Positions 26,599-40,559 of a stretch of 64,000 nucleotides of DNA are shown one piece after another; position 1 is the first letter of the stretch, and each line of letters opens with the position of its first letter. Source of the stretch: the human T2T-CHM13v2.0 reference genome, Homo sapiens; assembly GCF_009914755.1 (NCBI RefSeq), contig NC_060932.1; one strand, written 5' to 3'. The position numbers and the translations under genes are program-made. The notes beneath the pieces were generated by a model. The model was not told the DNA's origin. It did not search any database and was given only the letters and a program-made list of their open reading frames with translations.

Positions 26599-28436
26599 CC
26601 ATACCCTGATGTGAAACAACTTTATCAACCAGAATACAGTTCCATGTGCAGTTCCTTTAACCTTTCATCTTTAGCCTTTGTCTTACAGATGCTTGTGCCT
26701 TACTTCATTTCCACAGTGACTTAGGTCACATCATCCCCCTGCCCCATCGCTGAGGTTGTAACATACATTCGTAATATAGTTCAAGTGTCACAGACTGCAT
26801 TCCTTCTTTAGTCCTGAATAATTTTTAGACATTTGCATACATTAAGGTTACTCTTGGTGCTCTAAAGTTCTATGGGCTTTGACAATGTATAATGGTATGC
26901 AATTTCTATTGTAATATCATATAGAATAGTTTCCTTAACATGGAGATTCTGTGTCAATGTGGGTTTGTCAGTTGTAACAAATGTTCCCCTCTGATAGGAG
27001 ATATTGATAACGTGGGAGGCTATGCATGCAGAATCTCCATGTCTTTTTGCAGCTTGATTGCTCATTTTTAAAATTATTCAATACTTCACTGTATAGATGT
27101 ACCACAGTTTGTTTATTCATTCACTTATTGAAGGACATCTTATTTGGCTATTTATACTTATTGGTGATAATGGATACAGGTAGTATAAATATCTGCATGC
27201 AGATTTTTGTATAAACATAAACTTTCAAATTATTTGGGTAAAGACCTAGGAGTATCATTCCCAGATCATATGTTAAGACTAGGGTTAGCTTTGTAAGAAA
27301 CTGCAAAAATCTCTTTTGCATTCACACCAATAAGAAATGAAAATTAACCATGAACAGTATTCTTGAAAGCATTTGGTATTGTCAGTGTTTTGGATTTTAG
27401 CCGTTTTAATAAGTGTATAATATTATCTCATTGTTATTTTAATTTGCAATTCCCCCTGACAAATGATGTTGAACATGTCTTCATAGGCTTGCTTGCTATT
27501 TGCATATCTTTTTTGATTAAGTGTTTGCTCAAATACTTCAGCCACTTTTTAATTGGGTTGTTTGTGTTCTTACTGAGTGTTATGAGTTATTTGTATATTT
27601 TGGATACAAGTCTTCTATCAGATATGTGATTTACAAATATTTTCCTCTAGTCCATAGCTTGTCTTTTTATTCTCTTAGCAGTATCTTTCACAAAGCAAAG
27701 TTATTAATTTTAATGTATTCTAATTTATCAACATTTTTATAAATCATACTTTTGGTGTTGTATCTAAAAACTCATCACTAAACCAAAAATCACATGGGTT
27801 TTCTCCTGTATTCTCTTCTAGTACTACTGTGTTTTTAATATTTAAGCCTATCTATGATACACTGTGTTAATTTTTGTGAAGAGCATAGTATACATGCCTT
27901 TTCTTCTTATGGATGTCCAATTCCTCCAGCACTGTTTGTTGGAAAAAAATATCTTTGCTTTTCTCTATTGAATTGTTTTTATTCTTTTGTCAAATATTAG
28001 TTGATTCTACTTTTTTGTTTCCTTTTTTTTTTGGCCACCTGTTCTGTACCAGTGGTCTAAATGCTTTTTCTGTCAAAAATGCCATGTTGTGTTGTGTACT
28101 AAAACTTTATAGTAAGTCCTAGGTCAAGCATCCTGAGTCCTCCAACTTTATTCTTCTTCAGTATTGTACTGGTTATTATAGGTCTTTTGGCTGTCCATCT
28201 AAACCTAAAAATTAGTTTGCTAGTATCCACAAATAGCTTGCTGGGATTTTTATTGGAATTGCATAGATTTTAAAAATCAAGTTGGAAAGGAATGACATCT
28301 TAAAAATATTGAGTCTTTCAATTCATGAATACGGTTATCTCTTCATATGTTTTGAACATATTTGTTTTTTCTCTAGATTTTTTAGTTTCATATATAAATC
28401 CTATTAGTATTATGTTAGATTTATACCAAAATATTT

Positions 28437-28870
<434 letters not shown>

Positions 28871-29239
28871 TAATTTTTATAATAATTCCATATTCTATGA
28901 ACTTGCTATAATTACTTACCACTTCTAGAAGAATTTTTTTTCAATTCTTTGGGATTTTATACATTGACAAAAAACAAAGATAGTCCTCTATTTTTGTTCA
29001 TTTCATAAGCCTTTATTTCATAGTATTTCATCACTGCGCTAGCTAGAACATCAAGATATTGAATGGCAATGGTGAACAGGGATATCCTGGCCTTATTCCC
29101 AATCTTGCAGGGAAAATATTACATTTCTCCCCCTTTTTACTACATTGCACCATGAGTTTTCTGTTTTTTTTTTTTTTTCATTCTAATTCTTCATTTTATC
29201 TCAGGCCTGTTGGGATAGAAAGAACAGCAGAGATCAGAG

Positions 29240-29380
29240 AAAACTTGGTTTCAATCACAACTTGGATCTTGGTCAAGTTAATTTCACTCTTTTACATTTT
29301 GATTTTCTCATCTGTTAATTAGAAAAACAATTTCCTACACCAGTGGGTTGCTGTGATAATTACTTAGAATAATGTTTGAA
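29240..29380 (+). mobile_element. MIR fragment
   Basis: gatcttggtcaagttaatttcactct...ttttctcatctgtt...gggttgctgtgataatta. Confidence 0.7.
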
Positions 29381-29573
29381 TGAATATTTATTCATTTAAC
29401 ATTTTAATACCTAACTTTGTTTCATGACCTGTGCTAAGTGCTTGTGAGATAACTTTGTGTAAGACATAGGTCCAGCTCTCAGAAAACTTGGAGGAAAAAA
29501 GTCGAGGGCATAGTTCTCTTCAATAAACAATTCTAAGTGCTATGAGAGCTATAAGTACACATAGTAGATTTTT

Positions 29574-30396
29574 ATTTATTTTTTATTATTATACGTTAAG
29601 TTCTAGGGTACATGTGCACAACGTGCAGGTTTGTTACATATGTATACATGTGCCATGCTGGTGTGCTGCACTGATTAACTCATCATTTACATTAGGTATA
29701 TCTCCTAATGCTATCCCTCCCCCCTCCCCCTACCCCATGACAGTCCCCAGTGTGTGATGTTCCCCTTCCTGTGTCCAAGTGTTCTCATTGTTCAATTCCC
29801 ACCTATGAGTGAGAACATGCGGTGTTTGGTTCTTTGTCCTTGCCATAGTTTGCTCAGAATGATGGTTTCCAGCTTTATCCATTTCCCTACAAAGGACATG
29901 AACTCATCCTTTTTTATGGCTGCATAGTATTCCATGGTATATGTGTGCCACATTTTCTTAATCCAGTCTATCATTGATGGACATTTGGGTTAGTTCCAAG
30001 TCTTTGCTATTGTGAATAGTGCCACAATAAATATACGTGTGCATGTGTCTTTATAGCAGCATGATTTATAATCCTTTGGGTAGATACTCAGTAATAGGAT
30101 GGCTGAGTCAAATGGTATTTCTAGTTCTAGATCCTTGAGGAATCGCCACACTGTCTTCCACAATGTTTGAACTAGTTTACAGTCCCACCAACAGTGTAAA
30201 AGTGGTCCTATTTCTCCACATCCTCTCCAGCACCTGTTGTTTCCTGACTTTTGAATGATCGCCATTCTAACTGGTGTGAGATGGTATATCATTGTGGTTT
30301 TGATTTTCATCTCTCTGATGGCCAGTGATGATGAGCATTTATTCATGTGTCTGTTGGCTGCATAAATGTCATCTTTTGAGAAATGTCTGTTCATAT
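29574..30396 (-). mobile_element. 5'-truncated primate L1PA (L1PA4/5-like), about 0.82 kb
   Basis: Near-consensus L1PA 3' UTR and ORF2p C-terminal Cys-rich region (ORF 29990..30394). Perfect 19-bp TSD gtacacatagtagattttt (29555-29573 / 30397-30415) ending at a TTTT/AA endonuclease site. Confidence 0.95.
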
Positions 30397-33300
30397 GTAC
30401 ACATAGTAGATTTTTAATAATTAGAGGCCATCATCCTCATTATTCCTTTTCCAACTTCAGCTACTCTTCCTCAGTTGTCAAAAAGAACTATTAACATTCT
30501 CTATTTTCTTTCCATTATTGTTCTACAAACAATAATGTATTGGTTTCTGTAACACAAAATTAATACAAACAATTTTCCAATGATAATCTCTTTAGTTTCT
30601 GCTTGATTTCCACTTCTTCCTAACTTTTTTCCATACAAATCTCAAAATTTCAATACCTGAGATATGTGATGCCAACTTTTTTTTGGTGTCATGTATATTT
30701 TTCTTCCAATATAGTTCATACAATCTTTCTCTATATGCAACTTATAATATAATATTCCAAAAAGCAGGGATGATAGTTATATTTTTCTACAAAGCATACT
30801 AAGTATTTAATACAAGGCTTTTTTTGTAACATTGATGTTGATTATTTAAGTGTGCAGCAAGTCTTTATACAGTCCGATATTAATCTTGGGCTCAATCCTT
30901 TGCATTTTTGTAACGAAAAAGAAGATTAAATAAAGGCATTATATATATATGAAACTGTATAGGAGCATCAGCCTGGATTTTGTGTTTTACAAAATAAAAT
31001 CACTGACAATACTTTGGTCTCCCAAAGGACGGTGCTTTGTTACCTGGCAACAGTCTTTACGACACTCATGATGTGTTAACTAAATATACTTTCAGATCAG
31101 CTTCCAGATATTGTCTGATTTATGAGCTGAGTATTTGAAATGGTTCATTTCTTCTTTTTATTACGTCTATTTTGGGAGGAGGAAAGAAGCAGAGGTGTAA
31201 GGGGATAAAGTGGCAGAGCTACCGCAAACACAAACAACTGGGAATATATTAGCAGAGGCCACACCAAGAACAGTTATTTCCCTTTTCATGCTTCCTGCTG
31301 CCTGCAGTGACCAATGTGCAATCTTGGTTTTAAAACACTAAGTAACTTGTTTTGCCTTGTCTCTCCTAACTTTCTTAAAAGTAAGCTAATGAAGAAGCAG
31401 CATCTGGAGACACTGGCTATAATTTGCATGTTGTGTGTGTGCCCAGGTGTTTAATAAAACATTAAGATAAGTGCTGTTTTTGAGATTCTTTTGGTGGTTT
31501 CTGCTGACTCTTTAGTCTCTCCAAAATCTTTTCTGCATCAGCAGTTTTGTATTTGATTTGGAACATGTTCTAAATATTCTCCACCAGAGATTAGAGAGTG
31601 GGCTTGTAGAGCATGAGTAAAGAAGTTCAAAGAAACGGTTTTTGAGGACCCTGGGACGCTTGTTGTTTCTGTCAAAGGAAAGCAGCACTTCAGTATGCAT
31701 TTAGCTATTGAGCAGCAATTACTGACCGAGTTTTCCTCATGGCCAATTATTGCTAGGCAAAACGCTCTACAAAATTTAGGGGATGGCATTTGCTGCTTAA
31801 AATGCATTTGCTCTGACTGAAATTTGTATTTTAAGACAACTGATATGGGTTGTCTGGATGACTGCACCACTGATTTTGATACTTTTTTAAGGAATCACAT
31901 ATTTACTTTTTACAGAAAAGGAAAAAAGAAATAGTTCCTGTCATACGAGAATTTTAGTTTAGTTGGGTTGTCAGTTTTATAAAAGCAGTTTACCTATCTA
32001 TTTTGTAGGAAAAATAGTCACGATTTAATTCACCTATTCCTGAATCTTAGTCTTCCAGTATTTGAGTTATTCTATGATGTAAATATATTAAAATGACTAT
32101 TACATAAGAATCCCTATATAGGATATCAGATTGTGTGTGTGTGCGTGCATGTGTGTGTGTAAATACTAAATTTCTACTCTATGCCAGGGTCTTTTACAAA
32201 TGTTAATTCTCAAGACAAAGCTTTTAATTGCTATGTATTATTTATAAGCATTTTCCAAATTTGAAAACAGAGGCTTATAAGTAATTTGCTGAATGGATGA
32301 AGTTGTATGAAGCTGTAGCTATTAGCATCATTGGCACATTGTCTAACTTCAATTCCAGTATTGTTTGCAATATTCAACTTCTCTTTAATGAACCATTTAA
32401 TGAGAAATAACAAATATTAATTAATTATTCGACAGATTGCATTTCTCCTTTTCAATAAAAAGACATTTCTAATACATAGTTTATTTTAAATTATTAATAG
32501 ATTTTGTGTACTTATAATGCACATGTTTAACCTTCCTTTTTGCTTTTGTATATGCAGCCCTGTTTATATGTGTAGGTTTTGCGATATAAATTCTAAAATA
32601 TATCTTCCCGTATTTGTGGTTGCATTCCTGGGGTAATGCAACAAACAGTATGCTGAAAAATAAAAACAGACTTTGTGGTAGTATTTAATACAAATAGTTC
32701 ATCTTATATTTCAAGTTGCTTTGCATAAATTGTTATACACATAGAAACTTATTTGTACAATTATAATTTTAATGTTGGTTTGAAAGTATGATTGGATGAC
32801 AGATTATAAGAGTAACATAAGTATTTTTGAAATAGATGAAATTACTCAGCACATTGTCAAAATAAAGAAAATTTATTTTATCGAATGCTACTCATTTGCA
32901 TTCAATAGTAATAATAATAATTTCTAAGTAAATATGCACCATCTTCATCAAAAAGTCTTATTTTCAAAATTCAAAATAAATCAATAATAGTATACCTCAA
33001 ATTCTGGTATGGCAATCTTGTTCTTTAAGTATTATTTTGTTCTATTTATAGAAACCAAACTTTTGGCTAAACAAGGAAGTTTTTAACCTTGCCAAAATGA
33101 AGAGTCTTATGCTATCTTAAAATATTTAGCAAGAGCCACCAGAAGCACACATTTTTCCAATTTTCACTAGTTCTTTTAAAATAATATTATCTGTTCCACA
33201 CAGTTTCCGCAGAACAAGAGAATGAGGGAAGCAATTCATCTGTAAGAAAGAGGGCAGTATTTACATTTGGAAATGGATAATGTGGGCAAAAGGTATTTGT

Positions 33301-34228
33301 AGAGATATAGGGACCAGATAACAAATATCTACCCCAGATGCAGGGGAAAAGGGTCAGTGTCTCAAATGATTCTGCATAGGGGAATGTTCAAGAAGATTGA
33401 TGTAATGGAGCAAGCTATAAGTTAAAGCGTTCAGCCCTATAGCATGCCTCCGCAGTAAGCACTATGTAAAGATGACTGCCCAAAATCAGAGCAGTATCGA
33501 TTTTTCAAATTGAAAATTACAGGATTTGTCTAAATGTAGCTCTTTGTTCTCATGCCATCATCTTTGTGATTTTGAAGTTTTATAGGCCAGTGATTGAATT
33601 ACTTCTATTGTGGAGAGAAAAAGAAACTGATTGTTAAAGTTGATAATTCAATTATCATTATTACTTAGATGTGTAATTTATTCATTTTATGAACAAGCAA
33701 TTAGTTTATTTTGGACTTGGTTTATTCACTTTCAATCTAAAACACACACATGTAGCATTTCTGTTCTGGCCACGGCAGCCTCCCAGCTTAGCTCCCGAAT
33801 TCCAGGCAGGGATGGAGACAGGGCCATGGTTTACCAGGATCATATTTACCATTGCCTCTGAGTTACTTTTATATAACCTAAAACTTATCATTTCTTAGAA
33901 AATAAGAATACGTAATGTGGAAATAAGAAGAGGTATAAAAGTTAAGATTCCAAAATATGTCCAAAATAATCATTGAGAAGAACTTATTTTTAAGAGTTTA
34001 GGAGTTTATAACGCTTCAGTCCCTGTTATTTTAACAAGTAACCCTTTGATTTAAAAGTCAAAGACTATTTATTACAAGATGTGGAGGCACTATCCCAGCA
34101 CAGAAGAGTTCTCTTTTGTTTTAAAGAGCAAAAGCAAAACCCAGAAGAAAACCAAAAAAACAACAAAAAATGGTGTGTAAGTATAGTATTAGGAAACACT
34201 AACCATTCTTAAAAATCCTGTCTTTCAG

Positions 34229-34285
34229 GAAAGAACGGTGACCATCAGAAGACAAACAGTAGGAGGATTTGGATTAAGCATAAAG
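34229..34285 (+). CDS. SNTG1: Gamma-1 syntrophin internal coding exon (57 nt, phase 0-0), PDZ betaA and GFGL carboxylate-binding loop: ERTVTIRRQTVGGFGLSIK
   Basis: Acceptor ctgtctttcAG, donor AAG|GTagcc. Translation matches the SNTG1 PDZ N-terminus as I recall it (about residues 55-73) and joins in frame to the next exon. Confidence 0.95.
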
Positions 34286-37200
34286 GTAGCCTGCCTTTCT
34301 AGTCTATCCTTACAAAGGCCATGCCATAAGAGCTGAACTTTGGTGCATTTCAATGTTTGCTGATTAATAATTAGACAAGGATGGCTATAGCAAACTCCTT
34401 AATATTTGGACGGGGATGTAAATTAGGTAGGTTCTCACAGAATTCCTGCAAACTCTTACCATTTGATTTAGAAAGTTTAGCAAAGAATATGGGAATTTAC
34501 CTTATGATTGAATTTAACTCATTAACTTTCTTTGTCTGGTTTTTCTGAAATGTTAAATATGATGTCGTGTGCATATCTTTCTTTAACCAACTGGAGTAGG
34601 AAATGATGATCTGCAGTAAATAGAACAATAACAAGTTTCACACTAATAAAGCCCAATAGTAAGTGAGATATTGTATTCTGTTCATCTTGTTTATTTTTCA
34701 TTTTTAAAAAAGAAATCAGTAAATTTAATTGTATAGTGCTAATCATATAGGATAGACTTAAAGTCTTTGCATATGCTTTATTTTAAAAGTGAACATATGT
34801 GTTCATTTAAATTTATTATCAAATTTTAAAGGCCTTTATTTTGTATATTATTGACTATTAGAGATGTACCATATCTGCAATTTATTATCATTGAAATAAA
34901 GGATAAATTTTTAAAGCATAGGAAATTATGTAAATATTGAAGAGTTAATCTCATGACTGCAATGCCTTTGTCAAACCTACATCTCTTCATAGATAAATGA
35001 AGTTTAACTTTATAATTATTGGGTTAGTTATTTGACTTATATAGGGTGAAAATAATTTATATATTTCAAGTACACATTGCTTGAAATTTCAACACAACTC
35101 ATGTCATATATTTATGGAAAGCAGAACTCTAAATTTTGTGAACATCAGCTCTAGTTGACTTTGTGAAAATGACTCAGAGTAGAAATCAGTATGCAATAGC
35201 GTTGTATTGTCAGTGATAAGAAAAGAATATTGCTATAAAGAGCACTAGCTTCAAAACATATTTTGTACATTCAGTTTATCAAAGTGAAACTTTATCTTAT
35301 CACCAACTAAGACCAGGGAGGCATGCAGAACAGATTATAGGATGTGCAATGTATTCTATGAGAATTTAATCACTCAATAAATGAGATTTTTTTTTGTTTT
35401 GCTTTTTTTTTTTTTTTTTTGGCCAGGCTGTTTATTGAGATTGCTGTAAAGAATTTAAAAGTACCACTAAAGATACTAGAAAATCCATGAATAAAATCCA
35501 ATAGTGAGAGCTGATTTCATCTGAAATCATCATTTTTACTGAACCAGGCACTAACTCTATTTCTGGTAGTAGAGCTTCCATTAATTTTGTGTCACCTAGA
35601 AATGTTCTTTTCCTTTTTTTGTTGTTTTTCGTATTTTAAATTTAAACCCAATAATGCAATGCTATCTATTTTTACTAAAATGCCACATTTTAACCTAGTT
35701 TTTAAAGCATCAATAATTTTTCTAAATAAAGCTTTTCATTTTAATATTTTCATTATTTCAATCCAATCAAAACTATTGTATATATAATAAATAGAATATT
35801 TTTTGAATTAAATAAGTATGAATTTTCCATTCAATTATTGACCAAAAAGTGGTATTTGAGCTATGATCAATATCTTATATTAGAGTTAACAAAAAAGAAC
35901 TTTTTGCAAAATTCTTATGACACACTCTGACAAGAAATACAAACATCAAGACTTTTATTTAGAATATTACTCATTCATCCTAAAGAAATTCCTTTTATGG
36001 TTTTTTATTTTTACTTTCTCATACTTACCTCTGAACTTCATTTTTCTATTTTTTAAACTATCTTTTATTGTGATTATTTAGATCAAAATATGATTCTTTC
36101 TTTTAACTAGCAGTGTTATTACAAAAATCTCTTTCCCTGTCATATATGAGTTGAATAAACTACTGTGTTTATTTGTTAGCACTATTTTCCTTAGATCTGA
36201 GAATTTAAAAAAATGTATAAACTTTTTTAAAAATATCATTCTAGGCTAGAAGCAGAATTAGTATTTTAATGTTGAACTATTTATTTACAGTTTTCAGGAG
36301 CAATTTGAGCCACTAATAAAAGTATGCATATAAATACATAAACGCATATCTTACCACTATTTGCTTCAGTTAAGTAATCCTCAGCGGCACACACCGGAAA
36401 GACTCGTGGTGAGAATTATTAATTAAAACCTTTATGGTCTTGACTTAAGATGACAGAAGGAAGATGGTATGTTAGACAACTGAAAAGCCATTTACCAATG
36501 TAGTTAAGACTCCTACAGGTGCTTGTGAATTCCGCTGGACTCAGAACACATGGTATTTTAGTTTTATGTTAAAAACACATTCTTTAAAAAAGAAAAAAAC
36601 TTGGTTAAAGGGTAATGAATGTCCTTTTTAGACAGAATTCAGTCAAATGCTCTAACATGTGCTGCTAGAAGTCAAAGCCAGCTGGCCATGCCCTACACTC
36701 TTGACAGATCTTGGCTTGGGGACTTTCCTGTCACAGTCACCACTGTGCAGCATGGTAATTCCTCACATCTCCCCACAAACTGGACAAGGACAGTGTGGTG
36801 GGGCTTCTTATGTAGGTCTGAGTCCATTGTTTTGTTGATTAATATGTCTCAGCGGCTGTGGGCTGTGGGCAACATGAAGTCTCTGTAGCTACCAGTGTCC
36901 ACAAATCCTTGATGTCTGCTGCTCATGTGCAATATTGCTGTCTCTCTCAAGCCCTGTCTCCAGCCAGGGTACCTTGTAGGGTACAAGTTGGTGGGAAAAT
37001 AAAAGTTAGCCTTTACCTTCATTTTTCTTCTTTACCTTATATAAGACATTGTACAAACTTCTGGGACAAAACGTGCAGGTGGCTTGGAGGTTGAGGCAGT
37101 TCAGTGTCCCTACGGCTTAATTCTAGGACTTTAACTCTTCCCTTGATGTACTAATGCTAGATATGATGCAGACCACATTGAGGAGGGTTCCTATGTCAAA

Positions 37201-38366
37201 AATTCCTGAAATCCCAAAGAATAAGAGAAAAATATATATTTAGTAGAAATGAAAGGAATATTGAAACAGCTTTACATTTTAAAAATATGACTTAAGTAAG
37301 TCCGAATCCTTTTTCTTTTCAAATTTTGTCTAGTTTTCTTTCCATTATTCCTTAATTTTTCTCTTTAAATTTTTTGAAGCACATTCTTTGGAGTTTCTTA
37401 CCAAATCTGAGCCTGTCCTTGGAAAGTCATACTTACCATTTCTTCAAATCATCTCCAAAAATGCTAGACACTCAGTTTGAAACACAGCCACCCAAAAAGA
37501 GTTCTGACATCAATTACATTGAGATTTAGGGTAGGAATTACTGATTTATCTTCATGGACTTATTTGTCCTTTAGATTCCTAAACTCCTATTGTTTTATAA
37601 CAGGAATGTTTTACCATTAAAAGGTAAAGACCAAAATTGCCTGTTTCTCCATGTTAATTCTAAATAATAAGAAAAAAAAAGCAAAAGTAAAGCCCGAAAT
37701 GACGTATGAGCACAATGTCCAGCTTTAGCGCATGCTGCACATGGAAAAGCAGATGCCTTGACCAGGGAGGTGCCACACACAGGCTGACACTCTCGCATCC
37801 CCATCTCCCAGTTTTGATGAACTATTTGCACTCAGCTCCTAAAGTGAAAAGAAATCCTTTTTAACCTCTGGGGAGAATGTCCCTTCCTGGTTGTGCTACT
37901 TTCTCTGCTTTCTTGTCTCATTCTACAGTTATTCTTTCATTGCTGTTTAGCAACTGTAGAAGGATCAAATGAGTAACTGAGCCATAATATAATGAGATGA
38001 AATTTGGAGTCATGACACACATTTGCACCGGTCCCTCCACTGTCTTTAAGTGAAGCAAATCCCTACTTTAGAGCCTGGAAGGAGACAGCCATGCCTCCTT
38101 CCTCTCTTATTAGAACCCTTCTAGGGCTTTATGCACCTGGCTCACTCCTGCTCCCAGCCCTCCAGGCATCCTTGCTTATCCAAGATATTCTTTCTCTCAG
38201 GTTGCCTTTCAGAGGCATCCTCACTCCTGCTGTAACTTTTGGGATTTTTTGACAGTGATTTAGATTTCTTCCTGCCTGTTATTATTTAATTTTCCTTTGT
38301 TAAAACATCTCTCAGAAATCACATACTTGTGTGCCTTTTTTTCTTTGTATTAATTTGTCTATCAGT

Positions 38367-38390
38367 AAAAAAAAAAAAAAAAAAAAAAAA
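38367..38390 (+). repeat. Poly(A)24 tract
   Basis: Read directly. Confidence 0.95.
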
Positions 38391-39189
38391 TCAAGCTCTT
38401 CAGTTTACTTTTCACAAAAATTTCAACAAAAAGCCCTATCTGGGCTTCCCCCAAAGCTGGACAAAAGAACCACTAAACTTTCAACTCATAATCACATAGT
38501 CTGCTGCCTGTTCTCAGGCAGAAACTGCTCCTTTGAAGCGGGCAGATTCAGCAGGCTAGTGGCATCCTGCACATGGCCTCGGGCCTGGCTGCTTTTCCCT
38601 GCTTGCAGCACCATTTCTACTGGCATTTCCTGGTTCTTCTCCCAGCCCCACCAACTCTTGTCTCCTTCCCCTCTCAAGTGCCCATCCTCTGGGCTGGACC
38701 ATGCAGAGACTTGGCATTTATATAAATAACTTTAATAGTTTCCTCAACTACATCTGCAGAAATCACCAAATTTCTGCATCGTAGGATCCAATATTATTGT
38801 ATTTTGCCTTATTCTTCCTATCGGGATTACCATAGGGATAGTCATGTTAAAGCAAGCCATCGTCTTGCCCTTGTGAGGCTTTATTTATCTCTCATATCTT
38901 TTAAAATTCAATACTATCTAGCTGCACATTATTAAATTATACTTCTGTTCATTGTCATTTAAAAATTTACCTTTGAGGGAAAGGATGTTTTAAATGTTAT
39001 TACTATAAATATATTTTATGCAGTATTTTCCAACAGACACAATTTTCTTATGAAAATAATAAATTATCTATGTCCATTAAATAAATGTATGCAATCAAAG
39101 GTGATTTCTATTTGGAAGATTTAACACTACAGCAGTAAAAAATAGAATTATAATCATTATTACTCTTAATCATCTTCTCATTTCTAAAT

Positions 39190-39425
39190 AATTGCTAATA
39201 TTTATGCCCCACTTATTAAGTGCCAGTTTCTGAGCTAAATACTTCATATTTAGTTCAATTTGCCTTTATTATCCAGTGGAGTAGATAACTATTGTTATAC
39301 CTTCCACAGACAATGAGATTAAGTGTCAAGAGGTTAAGTAATTCATCAATTGTTATAAGCAGTAGAGTTGGACCTCAGTCCCCCTAGAAGCCGATGACAA
39401 AGTCCTTACTCTTAATAACTATGCT
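39190..39425 (-). mobile_element. MIR
   Basis: gctaatatttat...gtgccag...acagacaatgagattaagtgtcaagaggttaagtaatt...ctcttaataactatgct. Confidence 0.75.
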
Positions 39426-39534
39426 TAGAACTATAAAACCTGAAATAAATTACCTCAAAACTCTCTACTCAGGGACATAGATCATGTTTCCTCTCTATGC
39501 TGTTTACTTTCTGGTTTATTTAAAACTGAAATAA

Positions 39535-39850
<316 letters not shown>

Positions 39851-40153
39851 AAAACTGAAATAAATGTGTAGCTCAAGTAAGCAATTTTGTAAGATAAAGG
39901 GTTGAGTACTAGTCGTTTCAAATTTTCCAAATAAAATATATATATTAGTTGTAATAAATGTATGCCTTTTAACTTATTAGTGGTATCTGGGCAAAAATAT
40001 TTAAATAACAACCATTGCTATAAGTGCATGGACGTGCTTGCATACATTTTTCTGCATTCTGCTTCCCCTGCCATTTTTACTCAAGTCTGATTCACTTGTT
40101 TTCACTCTAGACAAAATGAATATGTCCATTTCCATCATAAAAGTAGATAACAG

Positions 40154-40536
<383 letters not shown>

Positions 40537-40559
40537 TTATCATTTCAAAGACCATTACA

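Noticed and set aside
29990-30394. 134-aa ORF with Cys/His motif
   Set aside because: It is the C-terminus of L1 ORF2p in a 5'-truncated, promoterless L1PA.
31020-31037. Possible REST/RE1 site (ggacggtgct) next to the X-box
   Set aside because: Only a weak half-site resemblance, with no TTCAGCACC partner at the correct spacing.
31512-31870. Minus-strand 110-aa and 62-aa ORFs in unique DNA
   Set aside because: No recognisable domain, and lengths are within chance for both strands. The region is treated as candidate regulatory DNA instead.
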